From assembly GCF_006345805.1 (NCBI RefSeq), contig NC_043005.1, positions 31,496,001-31,560,000 on the forward strand: 64,000 nt of DNA, read 5' to 3'. Within the stretch, counting starts at the first letter, position 1. Each line of letters starts with the position of its first letter. The notes below the pieces were generated by a model. That model saw only the letters and a program-made list of their open reading frames with translations, was not told the DNA's origin and searched no databases. This stretch comes from Octopus sinensis. Lineage: Eukaryota. This document shows, in pieces, positions 27,481-40,904 of this stretch. A program made the translations under genes and the position numbers.

Positions 27481-28038
27481 TTCTTTTTGTTTACAATAAT
27501 TTACAATGTTCATGTTATTTCTTTTAATTGTAGTTCTTTCCACAATTTTATAGACTTACCTTTCTTTAACCTATCTCACTCTGTTTTACTTCTTGTTTTT
27601 GTTTTCCTCGAAATTTCTTTCTTTTTCATTTCCATGCTCTTCCAATACATGTCTCCGCTGTGGTCCTTTCATTTGTATGCTTTCGCACTCTTGCTTGTCT
27701 GTGCATTCATCCGACTGCACTTTCTTATCCTCTTTGTGTGTTTTTCTCATGAGAGTCTAGGCATTTTCATTCAACCTCCTCGTCGCTTTGTAATTCCACT
27801 TCTGTTTCTGGTATCTCTGTTGATGGTTTCTCAACATATTCTGTTGTTTGTTGCATTTCCTCCTCCATTCCTTTACTCCCCTTTATCTCTGCTGTTGTTG
27901 GAGACTTCTTTCTTTCTCTTTTCCTGCTTTTTGTCTCTACCTGTTTTTCTTTGTGTCATAAAAGCTACATCTGCGTATCTTAATAACTCCTCCAGGCATT
28001 TTTTCATTTTATGTCCAACAAGACATATCGTATGTTTA

Positions 28039-28101
<63 letters not shown>

Positions 28102-28318
28102 CAAAATGTGATCTCGTGTGTACCGTTGGCGATTTCTTTTCCTCTGTCTTCCCTTCTCTGGATCTTTCCTTCTCCTATGTTTCGGACGAAGAGCTCCGCT
28201 CGAAAAGTTAAACCCTCCTTCTTTCCTTCTTTCCTGAGCGTCCAATAATACTATATTTGTTCCACGTTGTTGTGTTTTTTGTGCTTTCTTGTTTGGATTA
28301 ACTTTATATATATATATA

Positions 28319-28863
28319 CTAGCAGTATCGCCCGGCGTTGCTCGGGTTTGTAAGGGAAATAACTATATAAGCATTTTTAGAGAGTTATAGCCAAAAAATA
28401 GCAAAAAAAATGCATTAAAATGGAAAAAAAATTATGGTAAATTTTTTTTAAAATTGTTGACTCATCGTAGACATTTTCTGTTTTGGTGTCTTCAAGCCAT
28501 GAAGTCGTTGTTCTAAAAGAACGCTGGTCTCCTTGACAACGCTTTACGAGGTTGATTTCCTTACACTCCCTTCCCCACAGCTTCACGAGGGAGGGAAGAA
28601 GGGGGAGAAGCAACACAGGTGCAGGCGTGAGCGTGGACGCCAACTCCGCCGCCATCGACACACAAAAAATATGCATTAAAATGGAATAAAAAATGATGTT
28701 AAATTATTTTTAAAATCGTAGACTCATCGTAGACGCGTGTTAATACCCAGACAAGCTCGATATGAATCACGACTATAAAATACCCGAATTTGGTTAAACT
28801 GCATCGCAAAATGTAGGAGTAGTTAGGAATCTAAATCGAAGGGGACAGACACTCACACAACTA

Positions 28864-28870
<7 letters not shown>
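28319..28870 (-). mobile_element. Non-autonomous Helitron-type element
   Basis: RC 3' end CCCGAGCAACGCCGGG hairpin, then CTAG followed by T; degenerate relative at about 41520-41735. Confidence 0.7.
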
Positions 28871-28932
<62 letters not shown>

Positions 28933-29394
28933 GTGTGCGTGTATGTATGTATGTATGTATATTGTTAATATATATATATATAGATAGATAGATATAAACA
29001 AACTGATTTGACTTCATAACGTGTTACTAACATACATACACACTTAAAATGCGTACACACCTAAGCAATAGGGATCTATAAAAGCACACACTCATGCATA
29101 AACGATGACATCCATACTTGTATTCAATATCCTTATGCCGACATACACACACATATATGTACACATAAATTAACTTAGGAAGTAAACATACGTATATACA
29201 CATGCGATCACATATATAAACACACGAACATACACTCACACATAAACCAAACTGGACTATGGACATACATGTTTTGAGAAAGAAACTTTTATTTTATTTC
29301 ATTTTATTATTTTTATTATCAATATATTTTATTATTTTCATTATCTATATTTTTATCATCTTATATACTTTAATTCATTATTATTATTATTATT

Positions 29395-29443
<49 letters not shown>

Positions 29444-29982
29444 TGTTGTTGTTGTTGTTGTTGTTGTTGTACTTAGATAAAACTATTAACGCATGCACTC
29501 ACACACAATAACCACGCTTTCAACTGCTTAGTCTGTTGGAGTGTTTCAACTAATCAAAATGTAACTCTATAATGTCCATTTTTCCCTGAATATCTTACGC
29601 CCAGGATACTCAAAATGTAAACTTATATTATTATATATGTTTTGTAATTTAAATTGGGTGCGAAGTGAAACAATTGTAGGCAATCTATTATAATAATGAG
29701 TTTGTTTGTAAGTTTGTCCAAAATCACGCAATAAGTGAGTAACAAAGTAAGACTATAAAAAGAAAAGAGAAAAAACGGTAATAACAATGAGAGAGGGAGT
29801 GGTATCAAACAGTGCCTCTCACTCTCTCTCTCAACAGAAGCCTTTTCACTTTATTGATGAACACTGCCTCCCACCTCTCTCTCTCTCTCTCTCTTTGTTT
29901 CTCTATCTATCCATCTATCTATCTAGCTACAGACGCACGCACGCATTCTCTCTACTGTCCCTTTTTTCACCCATTCTCTCTC

Positions 29983-30021
<39 letters not shown>

Positions 30022-30468
30022 AACCACAACATTTTCATTTTTATTCGTTGAATGCTGAGTTTTTTTCTGGTAAACATTAATAACAATATATAAGGTAAGT
30101 AAATAAGAGTTTGCGCCTCAAAATTAATTTTCCTTGTATCTCTATGGATGTTTGACTGTTCTGGAAGATTTTTCTGCTTAAAACGTTGTAAGGTCAATAG
30201 GATATAAGATACATAAGCAGTAAAATTAAAATATTTTCTATTGAAAGAAGACTTGATAATATTGTCTGTTTAAAGAAAGCTAAATTAAAATGTAAGGTTT
30301 TAAATATTTACAAATACTTGCCGATACAGTTATGTTTGTAAATACTTATGAATGAAGAATTTTGCCAAGGCAGTGAAGTTTCTCTTCAAGATCTTTTTCC
30401 GTTTCAGGCGGTAAAGACAGTGAGTGAGAGAGAGAGGAGAGAGAGAGAGAGAGAGAGTGAGAGAGAGA

Positions 30469-30500
<32 letters not shown>

Positions 30501-30648
30501 TAGACAGACAGACAGAGATAGAGAACGCGTAGACGTTGCTGGAAAAAATAAATCTCTGTGTGTATGCCGTTAATGTAATCCTGTGTAATTTTGACCTTTG
30601 GTTACGTATAAAAATATAAACAAGCTAACGTACACGCACACGCACACA

Positions 30649-30700
<52 letters not shown>

Positions 30701-30764
30701 TATACTCATTTGTTTTGAAGTTTGTGTTCCATTGTATTAAATATACTCTTCCACCTGCTATGGA

Positions 30765-31365
30765 GATTGAATCAGACAGAAGGCGACGGTTAGCCAGATA
30801 GAGAGAAAGAGACACAAAGGTGAAGAACAGCCAGTCTCACTCAGGAAGAACTGGATGCAAGAAGATTAAGCAATGCATTAAGGTTATTAAATCAATCACA
30901 AGAAGTGAGACAAGATGCAAGAAGTGAGATAAGACCCAAGAACACAGACTCTCAGACGTCAAAACAAAAAGGAGCATCTAATTGCACAAAGGAGAGATAT
31001 CCAAAGAGAGAGAGAGAGAGAGAGAGAGAGCAGCACAAAAGCACCAAGAGGAAACAGAAGAGCAAGCAGCAGTGACGAGAGAATATTTGAGAATGAGGGC
31101 ATCGCAAAGGTGACAAGATGAAACGAGAGAGAAAGCAGTAGAGAGGAGAGTAATCACAAGAGAGAGAACATCGAGGAGAAGAATGGAAGATTTAATTAAT
31201 ACTGAAACGGACCATCGAAAACAAGCAGAACTCGTTGCTGGTAGGGTTTTCACCAGAAATGTGGTGCTGAAGCAATTACTGAGATAAAGGTTGTAATGTT
31301 TATATTTTAATTTTATTTTCATGTCCATTTTCATGTCCTCAGTTCTGACGGCACGGGAACACTAG
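30765..31365 (+). mobile_element. Probable Helitron derivative with R/E-rich coding remnant
   Basis: Broken frame QEETEEQAAVTREYLRMRASQR*QDETREKAVERR resembles RepHel N-terminal repeats; ends GGCACGGG-AACA-CTAG|T. Confidence 0.45.
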
Positions 31366-31489
31366 TGTTAAATAATTAATAAATTATCTTATATCCATTA
31401 AAGATATCTAGTTGGTTAATGTGTCATGTATAGGTATCCACGATTCTGAGTAAGATTGACTGCTTTATAGACCAGTACTTTGTTGTCAA

Positions 31490-32775
31490 GTTTGATGTCG
31501 CTTTTATTCCATCGACGATGGAGTTTGCCAAATGCGTTGGTTGCCTTTGTAAGACGGTTAACGATTTCATCATCAAGGGTAGCGCTCAAATTCACTTTAC
31601 TACCAAGTTATTTAAATGATTTCACATAACTTAGGTCTTTCCCATGACCCTGTATAGAAGTGTCAAGAAAATTGTGAACTGGTGGTCTCTGCTTGACACT
31701 TCGGATTTGTTTAGGAATAGGGCAAGTTTGGCAGATTACTTCTGTCTTCTTTATGCTAATGGTCAAACCAAAGGCTTTACATGCAACAGAAAACCAATCT
31801 AAACGTTCCTGAGCTTCCTCTAAAGAGGTTGCTACTAGTGCAGCATCATCTGAAAAAAGTAGATCACGAATGATACTGGTGAGTAACAGTGTTCTGGCTT
31901 TGAAACGCTGATTATTGAACAGTCCCCCACTTGTTCGAAACTGAAATTTGACACCACTTAGTATGTCGCCAAAAGCATACCTCAGCTTCACTGAAAAGAA
32001 GAGTACAAACAAAACAGGAACCACAACACAACCTTGCTTTATGCCGTTTGTAACATCAAAGGATGCCGAAAATTTCCCATCAGACACGATAGCAGCCTTC
32101 ATTCACTCTTGAAAGGAGATGATAACATTCAACATCCTGTCAAGTATGCCAAGCTTTTTCAGAACTTTCTATAGTGCTTGCTGGTTAACAGTGTCGAAGG
32201 CCTTAGTAAGGTCAACGAATATCAAGAACAACTCTTGATTTTTCTCACGTACCTTCTCCGTGACCTGTCGGAGGGAAAAGATCATATCGATAGTGCCCCG
32301 ACTAGAGGGAGACCCGCACTGGGATTCTGGATAGATATTATTTACAACGTGTTTGATGACCCTGTCAAGAATGAGTCGAGCAAGAATCTTACTAGCAATA
32401 GACAGAAGCGATATTCCACAATGATTATCGCAGACAATTCTGTTACCTTTCTTCTTATATGGATGTTGACGGCCTACCTTCCAGACGTTTATGAAGAGGT
32501 CATGCATTTTCGTAAAAAGCTTCTGTCCACCATGTTTGTAAATTTCAGGCGGGATAGCATCCCTATCAGGCGCTTTACCTGAAGAGATCTGTTTAATGGA
32601 GATTACCACTTCCAAAAATGTTGACTCCAGAGACCGTTCCGGTATTACAGTGCGCTGTGGAACAGACATTATGACGTCGTCATTAGTGACTGAGGTGTAG
32701 TTCAACACGGTTTCAAAGTGATCTTTCCATCGTTTCAGGATGTCAGATTTGTCAGTCAGGAGTGTCTCTCTATTG
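31490..32775 (-). mobile_element. RTE (BovB-like) LINE reverse transcriptase fragment
   Basis: GKAPDRDAIPPE, GISLLSIASKIL, FVDLTKAFDTV, GIKQGCV, DLLFSDDAAL; stops and both ends truncated. Confidence 0.9.
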
Positions 32776-32797
32776 TATGAGTAAATAGAACACCGTG

Positions 32798-32928
<131 letters not shown>

Positions 32929-33024
32929 ATAATAAAGGGTGAAATTAATTAATTTAGAAATAATCAATAATTTCACCAAGTAGAGTTCGGCATGTAAAAG
33001 ACCCATTCAAGGAAGGTTTAAGTA

Positions 33025-33487
33025 ATACTAATTAATTAAGGGTTCAGCAACGATTTGCCTCACCACACACTGAATTTAGAAATAGCAGTCAAAAAGTTTT
33101 GGCTATTCTTTCTACTTAAAAGGGAGATCCCAGTAAAACCGAAGCACTTAAAAAACAAACGACGCAGGCAAAAGAGAAAGAAATGACGAAAATCATTCTA
33201 TATTAAGTTACCTACGGACGTACGTTTCGGAATTAAGTCATTGCCGAGCATATTAATTTTTATGCTCTGCAATGACTTAATTCCGAAACGTACGTCCGTA
33301 GGTAACTTAATATAGAATGATTTTCGTCATTTCTTTCTCTTTTGCCTGCGTCGTTTGTTTTTAAGTGCTTCGGTTTTACTGGGATCTTCCTTTTAAGTAG
33401 AAAGAATAGCCAAAACTTTTTGACTGCTATTTCTAAATTCGGTGTGTGGTGAGGCAAATCGTTGCTGAACCCTTAATTAATTAGTAT
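33025..33487. repeat. ~460-bp near-perfect palindrome of a Penelope-type terminal repeat
   Basis: 33025-33250 is the RC of 33262-33487; arms contain GAAACGTACGTC (hammerhead 3' half). Confidence 0.9.
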
Positions 33488-33492
33488 ATATA

Positions 33493-33525
<33 letters not shown>

Positions 33526-34347
33526 GCACAAATAAAAGTTACAAAATCCTATGAAAGTACTGCTTAGTTACCTATACAAAGAATATTGAACATTACAGTT
33601 AATACTCAACTGCCAGGTAGCTATATAATGCGTGGTTTATATATATATATATTATATAAGATGAGAAAATAGAAAGGTATTGAATTATTATTCATCAATT
33701 AAAAAATTGATAAACATCCCTTACAGCTGCTACATTTCCAGACCTTCAGAAAATTCATTAATTAAAAATTATTTAAAAGTTGAATCTCTTCAGAGGTAGT
33801 TAAAGATACACAAAATAAATGTGAAATTCCTGCATGTTGAGTAAACGGCTACAAACCGTTAACTGATAAAATTTACACATAAAGAACATACTTTAGGAGA
33901 GGAGTAAGGTTGTATATACTGGAGTTGTAAAGTAAGAATATAATATTTTCATCTAGAGTATTAAGTATAAGAAAACTCAAGTAGATATAATTGGTAAAAA
34001 TGTCATATTGTGATATTATGTCTATCCTTATTAAATCAATAGAAAATTAGCAAGTGGAGTTTGATTCAAGTATGCATAGTTATTATTAATATTTAATTAA
34101 GGTGGAGGACATTCCAGGCAATATATTTCTTATTGTAAATATCGAAAGGTTTCAAAGACTAATAAGGATATTAACTTAATGTTAGAGTACATAAAAATTA
34201 TAAAATGAATATAAAAACAAGAATAAGGTAAAATAAATAAATAAAAATAGATAGAGTAAAGAGTGAAAATAGATAGAGAGAGAAAAATAAATAAATAAAG
34301 ATTTATAAATTATTACCTTTCACTTCTTAAAAAATTATTATTGAGCA

Positions 34348-34461
34348 AGACTAATAACGATACAGAAGATTTGGACAAAATTCAAAGACTAATAAAGATA
34401 AAGAAGATTGGGACAAAATTCAAAGACTAATAAAGGTTAAGAAGATTTGGACAAAATTCAA
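34348..34461 (+). repeat. 38-bp tandem repeat, about 3 copies
   Basis: GAAGATTTGGACAAAATTCAAAGACTAATAAAG at 34365, 34403, 34441. Confidence 0.8.
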
Positions 34462-34682
34462 AAATTTCAGATATGCAGCGTTCGCTGGTGAGATACCGGA
34501 TGTAAATATGTTAAGTGGCTCAGGTAGAAGATATAGTATTTAAGGTAAATAAATAAGAATTAAAGAGAATAAATATATGCTAATAAAAGTACTAATACGG
34601 GCTTAAATGTGGGTCAAAATAGACACATTATTCTAGTTTAGATTTAGTAGTTGATAAAGAGATAAATGAATAAGAAATGTAT

Positions 34683-34724
<42 letters not shown>

Positions 34725-35066
34725 TGTACGTGTGTATGTATATATGTGTGCAAATATACAGACATATATATATATAAATATTATATTCTTTTATTTGTTT
34801 CAGTCATTTGCCTATGGCTGTGCTGGAGCATCGACTTTAGTCGAACAAATCGACCACAGCACTTATTCTTTGTTAGCCTACTACTTATACTATCGGTCTC
34901 TTTTGTCGAACCGCTAACTTACGGGAACGTAAGTACATCAGCATCGGTTGTCAAGCGATGGTAGGGGGACAAACACAGACACACAAATATATAAATACAT
35001 ACATCCATATATACATACATATCTATATATATATACATATATATATACATATACATACATATATAC

Positions 35067-35102
<36 letters not shown>

Positions 35103-35126
35103 CTATATATATATATATATATACAT

Positions 35127-35227
<101 letters not shown>

Positions 35228-35274
35228 GTATATGAAAGAATGGAGTTGAACGACTAGTTAACAAATATCCTTTA

Positions 35275-35357
35275 TTCTCGACATATGTTTCGAAGGCTGC
35301 ATATTTCTAATTCCGATGGAATAAGGAGTACATTATGCAGATTTCTCATCAGGAAAA
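35275..35357 (-). ncRNA. Type I hammerhead motif, extended stem II
   Basis: RC TTTTC-CTGATGA-GAAATCTGCAT..ATGCAGCCTTC-GAAACATATGTC-GAGAA. Confidence 0.75.
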
Positions 35358-36253
35358 TCAAGGAACTTATGTCGACATCAAAATGCACAAAACACTTTTA
35401 GCTGACCGCTCTCAAGGAGCCCATGGCGATAATGAGTGTCTCTTTATAATGAGTGACGTCAGAGTGGCTGAATGTAGAAGGATCTAGAAGTTTCTAAAGG
35501 TTCAAGAGTTCAAACGAAGTAGGAGGAGGGAGGCATAAGAATAGTAAGGTGAGAGAGTGCAGGTCAAAAGAATGGTGGGTTTAAATGATTTCTTTTGTGA
35601 ATGAGTTCCTGTCTGTGTGACTGTATATAACTGTCTTAATGTGTGTATGTGTGTGTCTGAATGCGTGATTGTGTTTGTGGATGGGTAGATGTTAGAAAAC
35701 TGACATCTGTGAGGTGAAAGGTTTATGTCTGTGTGTTCGATTATGTTTACTGTAGTGAAAGGAAAGTAGATAGCGAAAGGGAGAAAGAATCGGGCGAGGT
35801 GAGAGGCAACGCAAGGATGGATAGTAGTAATTGGGAATATAAGAAAATCTTTTTGAATATTGGGGTGAAATATAGCAAAAATATTTTTGGAAATCGAGGG
35901 GTTATCTATATTAGTCACTATTTATATGAGTGAAAGGTGTGTCTTTTCCAGTGTAAACACCTGTATGATCTTTCGACGATTGTGTTTATTAAAGGGCCTT
36001 TGGCGAACAAAATATGAAAAAGTTCGGAATTACAGATGCCACAAAATTCCCGTTTGATAAAGGCAGAAAATTTTGTGGCATCTGCAATTCCGAACTTTTT
36101 CATATTTTGTTCGCCAAAGGCCCTTTAATAAACACAATCGTCGAAAGATCCTACAGGTGTTAGATAAAGAGACACTCATTATCGCCATGGGCTCCTTGAG
36201 AGCGGTCAGCTAAAAGTTTTTTGTGCATTTTGATGTCGACATAAGTTCCTTGA

Positions 36254-36336
36254 TTTTCCTGATGAGAAATCTGCATAATGTACTCCTTATTCCTTCGGAA
36301 TTAGAAATATGCAGCTTTCGAAACATATGTCGAGAA
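36254..36336 (+). ncRNA. Type I hammerhead motif with canonical core
   Basis: Stem I TTTTC/GAGAA; CTGATGA; stem II GAAA/TTTC plus CTGCAT/ATGCAG; GAAA; stem III ACATATGT; GUC triplet (cut after 36331). Confidence 0.8.
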
Positions 36337-36551
36337 TAAAGGATATTTGTTAACTAGTCGTTCAACTCCATTCTTTCATATACTTATAATTTTAAAATAA
36401 ACATACAAATTTCCGCACGAAGACACGTAGTCTATGCCCTAGGGACGTAGCTTCAACCGTGTTCTTTCTGATGTGAATTTGCTACCCAGGTATCGGTTAT
36501 CTTTCGAATTATCCTTAATAAGATAATTCATTCAATTACTCAAATATATAT

Positions 36552-36609
<58 letters not shown>

Positions 36610-36776
36610 GACGGTTTTCTTTCAGTTCCATCTACCAAATCCAAGGACAAGGCTTTGGTTCGACCGAGGGTATAGTAGAAAACACTTGCTCAAGTAGCCA
36701 CGCAGTGGGACTGACCTCGGAAACCATGTGGTTGGGAAACAAGCTTCTTACCCCACAGTCACTCCTGCGCCTATGG

Positions 36777-36811
36777 AAAAATATGGAACGCTTCACGAAT
36801 TTGCTTGTCAT
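36777..36811 (-). pseudogene. U6: 3' 35 nt of U6 snRNA fused to a SINE head
   Basis: RC ATGACAAGCAAATTCGTGAAGCGTTCCATATTTTT, 34/35 to U6. Confidence 0.9.
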
Positions 36812-36888
36812 ACACAAATATATAAGTAGATATGCAAACATATATTTATGCATTTATATGTACATACAGATGGATAGATGTATAAATA

Positions 36889-36931
<43 letters not shown>

Positions 36932-36960
36932 TATAATATATATATAATATATATACAAAT

Positions 36961-39324
36961 ACAACAATTGAGGGTAAAATTAATTAATTAATCAATTTCA
37001 CCAAGTATTCAGTATGCAAAGGGACCAATTAAGGCGAATTCAAATTATTACATTATATAAAAGGGCTTAGTAAAATAAATTACTTTGCCGCATACTGAAC
37101 TCATTAGAAATAGCACCTAAAAAAAACTTTTTTAAAACTATTTCTAATACTTAAGAAAACCTCTCTCATATAGTGTTTGCTCAATTCAACTCACGAAAGC
37201 ATGGGGGTAGAGACATTAAAAAATCAAATGCAAAGGTTATTTGAGAACGTACGTTTCAAGATTTCAAACTCGACACTTCTATCATCAGCTCAGAACTCCC
37301 TGGTTTGGATTTGAAAACACTGAAAGTGGGAGCATACCTTTTCGGCTTCTTATCGCTTCTGAAGATCTGCTCGAAACTAACAGTGCCAGCAAACTCAAAA
37401 ATGCAAGCGAAGAATTTCTGCTCTCCCCTTTCCACCAGCGTGGGTTAAAATCAGTAAACACTATGCTTTTTTCGGTAAAATCCGAGGCATTATATAGAGA
37501 GAGATGAATTATAATTTCAACAATTGAGGGTAAAATTAATTAATTAATCAATTTCACCAAGTATTCAGTATGCAAAGGGACCAATTAAGGCGAATTCAAA
37601 TTATTACATTATATAAAAGGGCTTAGTAAAATAAATTACTTTGCCGCATACTGAACTCATTAGAAATAGCAGCAAAAAAAACTTTTTTAAAACTATTTCT
37701 AATACTTAAAGAAAACCTCTCTCATATAGTGTTTGCTCAATTCAACTCACGAAAGTATGGGGGTAGAGACATTAAAACATCAAATGCAAAGGTTATTTGA
37801 GAACGTAACTTTCAAGATTAGTCAAACTCGACCCTTCTATCATCAGCTCAGAACTCCCTGGTTTGGATTTGAAAACACTGAAAGTGGGAGCATACCTTTT
37901 CGGCTTCTTATCGCTTCTGAAGATCTGCTCGAAACTAACAGTGCCAGCAAACTCAAAAATGCAAGCGAAGAATTTCTGCTCTCCCCTTTCCACCAGCGTG
38001 GGTTAAAATCAGTAAACACTATGCTTTTTTCGGTAAAATCCGAGGCATTATATAGAGAGAGATAAATTATAATTTCAACAATTCAGGGTAAAATTAATTA
38101 ATTAATCAATTTCATCAAGTATTCAGTATGCAAAGGGACCAATTAAGGCGAATTCAAATTATTACATTATATAAAAGGCGTATTACATTATATATAATGT
38201 AATAATTTGAATTCGCCTTAATTGGTCCCTTTGCATACTAAATACTTGGTGTGAATTGATTAATTAATTAATTTTACCCTCAATTGTTGAAATTATAATT
38301 CATCTCTCTCTATATAATGCCTCGGATTTTACCGAAAAAAGCATAGTGTTTACTGATTTTAACCCACGCTGGTGGAAAGGGGAGAGCAGAAATTCTTCGC
38401 TTGCATTTTTGAGTTTGCTGGCACTGTTAGTTTCGAGCAGATCTTCAGAAGCGATAAGAAGCCGAAAAGGTATGCTCCCACTTTCAGTGTTTTCAAATCC
38501 AAACCAGGGAGTTCTGAGCTGATGATAGAAGTGTCGAGGTTGACTAATCTTGAAACGTACGTTCTCAAATAACCTTTGCATTTGATTTTTTAATGTCTCT
38601 ACCCCCATACTTTCGTGAGTTGAATTGAGCAAACACTATATGAGAGAGGTTTTTTTAAGTATTAGAAATAGTTTTTAAAAAGTTTTTTTAGCTGCTATTT
38701 CTAATGAGTTCAGTATGCGGCAAAGTAATTTATTTTACTAAGCCCTTTTATATAATGTAATAATTTGAATTCGCCTTAATTGGTCCCTTTGCATACTGAA
38801 TACTTGGTGTGAAATTGATTATTAATTAATTTTACCCTCAATTGTTGAAATTATAATTCATCTCTCTCTATATAATGCCTCGGATTTTACCGAAAAAAGC
38901 ATAGTGTTTACTGATTTTAACCCACGCTGGTGGAAAGGGGAGAGCAGAAATTCTTCGCTTGCATTTTTGAGTTGCTGGCACTGTTAGTTTCGAGCAGATC
39001 TTCAGAAGCGATAAGAAGCCGAAAAGGTATGCTCCCACTTTCAGTGTTTTCAAATCCAAACCAGGGAGTTCTGAGCTGATGATAGAAGGTCGAGTTTCGA
39101 GTTTGACTAATCTTGAAACGTACGTTCTCAAATAACCTTTGCATTTGATTTTTTAATGTCTCTACCCCCATACTTTCGTGAGTTGAATTGAGCAAACACT
39201 ATATGAGAGAGGTTTTCTTTAAGTATTAGAAATAGTTTTAAAAAAGTTTTTTTAGCTGCTATTTCTAATGAGTTCAGTATGCGGCAAAGTAATTTATTTT
39301 ACTAAGCCCTTTTATATAATGTAA
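36961..39324. repeat. ~2.3-kb palindromic array of ~556-bp hammerhead-bearing units
   Basis: Units start at 36962, 37518, 38076; orientation flips at about 38180-38195; motifs at 37242-37292(-), 37798-37850(-), 38515-38567(+), 39072-39130(+). Confidence 0.9.
38515..38567 (+). ncRNA. Hammerhead motif, best-preserved copy in the array
   Basis: TGAG-CTGATGA-T-AGA..GTCG/TGAC..TCT-T-GAAAC-GTAC-GTT-CTCA; U.U at 10.1-11.1. Confidence 0.6.
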
Positions 39325-40738
39325 AAATATATACAAATACATATAACTTATATATACACACGCACGCATGTATGCGCGCACACACACACACACTCATACA
39401 CACACATATATATGTGCGTGTGTATTCTGCAGACGCTTCTCTGTGTTATAGTGAACGTGTCTGGATCGATATTGAGCTATATATTGTGCTCATAATTAAA
39501 GTCAGTAGAAATTGTGATCAAGTAATTTTACAAGCTAAAAGGAATTACTGTGACAAAATTGAAGCTGACAGTAATCTTAAGTTTGTGATATTTCTGACAT
39601 TATTTTGAGAAACACCATTTTGTTTATTAGAAACTTGACGTGTACTTCCAAGTAAAATCTTTTGTCTTCGTGATCTGATGTAAGCGTATTGCATAGGCCA
39701 GTATATTTTATATTTCTTGAAAGTACAGACACTTACTCAAGAGCATAATTTATCACTGCAACAAATAAACTTATTGTCGCAACACAGGCGAGTTTATTTC
39801 CACTCTCAGTTATGCAGACAGCAGAAAACAGTCAACGATGGATTATATGTGCTGCACGTAAATGCGCGCAAGCATGCACACATAGGCACATGCACACACG
39901 CATCCACATACTCAGGCACGCTCACATACATACCGGACCTATCTCACACCCCCACACACCCACACACCCACACACACATATATATATTATGTTTGAATGT
40001 ATGTATATTTATATATCAAAACAAATAGGGATTAATAAGAAATAGTACAGGCGAAATACGCCTTAAGCTCTCTGTAACTGAAGATACACCAGGTGAACAC
40101 AAACATTATATGATAGAGATTGTAGTCAAGGTAATCTGATATTAAGATCTCCAGTTAAATTTGTAAATCGATGGTTCCGTTACCTCTGGACACTCATCAC
40201 GTATGAGATCATGACCAACTCATATTTAAATATATATTCGTGTTTACATTCCTTTTCCAGTCCCTTTTGTTTCAATACGTTACTGAATCATAACTTGCCT
40301 CCAGCTTTTGTAATCTTTTACTTCCTTCTCTCATGTGTTTTCTTTCCCACTTACATTCTTGTCTTTCTCTCTTTCTCTTTTTTCTATCTTTTGAGTGTGT
40401 TTATATAACATATAATATAGTTTTATACTTTCGTTAATCCGTTCAATGGTTCTCCAAATTACTTCACCTTGCTTTCTTTTTAGTTTCTTTTTTCGTTTTT
40501 CCTTTTCGTGTTCTCTCAATTTCTTTCTCTTTCTTGTTTTTTAAAATCCTTATCTCTTTCTATTCTCTCTTCGTTTTCCTTGTGTATCTTTCACCGTGTC
40601 CCTTCTCTCTTTTTTTGTCATATTTTGTTTGTTTGTGTGCGAATTGAATTATTTCTCTCTCAAAGTACATATGACATGCCCCGCGATCAATCCAACTCTT
40701 GACATTCGTTCTCTATAATTTAATGCAATAAATTGTTA

Positions 40739-40904
40739 CCTGATTATCTATTCTGGTTAAGTATCGAAATGCATTTGGATCATCCAGTGCAGTGTTCCAA
40801 GCAATCACAATACTGGAACTTGTGTTCATCTTAATATCTTTGATATTTGCTCTGTACATCATAACTGGTAATACTGCTAAGTACAATAGTTGCTTGACCA
40901 ACAT
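40739..40904 (-). CDS. Candidate first coding exon with signal-peptide-like start (MLVKQLLYLAVLPVMMY..TSSSIVIAWNT..RIDNQ)
   Basis: ATG with A at -3, hydrophobic N-terminus, donor CAG|GTAACA at 40739; no homology recognised. Confidence 0.25.

Noticed and set aside
34348-34461. CRISPR-like repeat
   Set aside because: Contiguous tandem units without unique spacers, in eukaryotic context with no cas genes
37357-37380. CTGAAGA..GAAAC as an additional hammerhead on the opposite strand of the array units
   Set aside because: The seven intervening bases cannot form stem II and no stems I or III pair
37241-39195. Repeated 88-110 aa ORFs (MLNSTHESMG..) in the palindromic array
   Set aside because: No recognisable domain, broken by indels between copies, and antisense to the ribozyme strand; likely incidental
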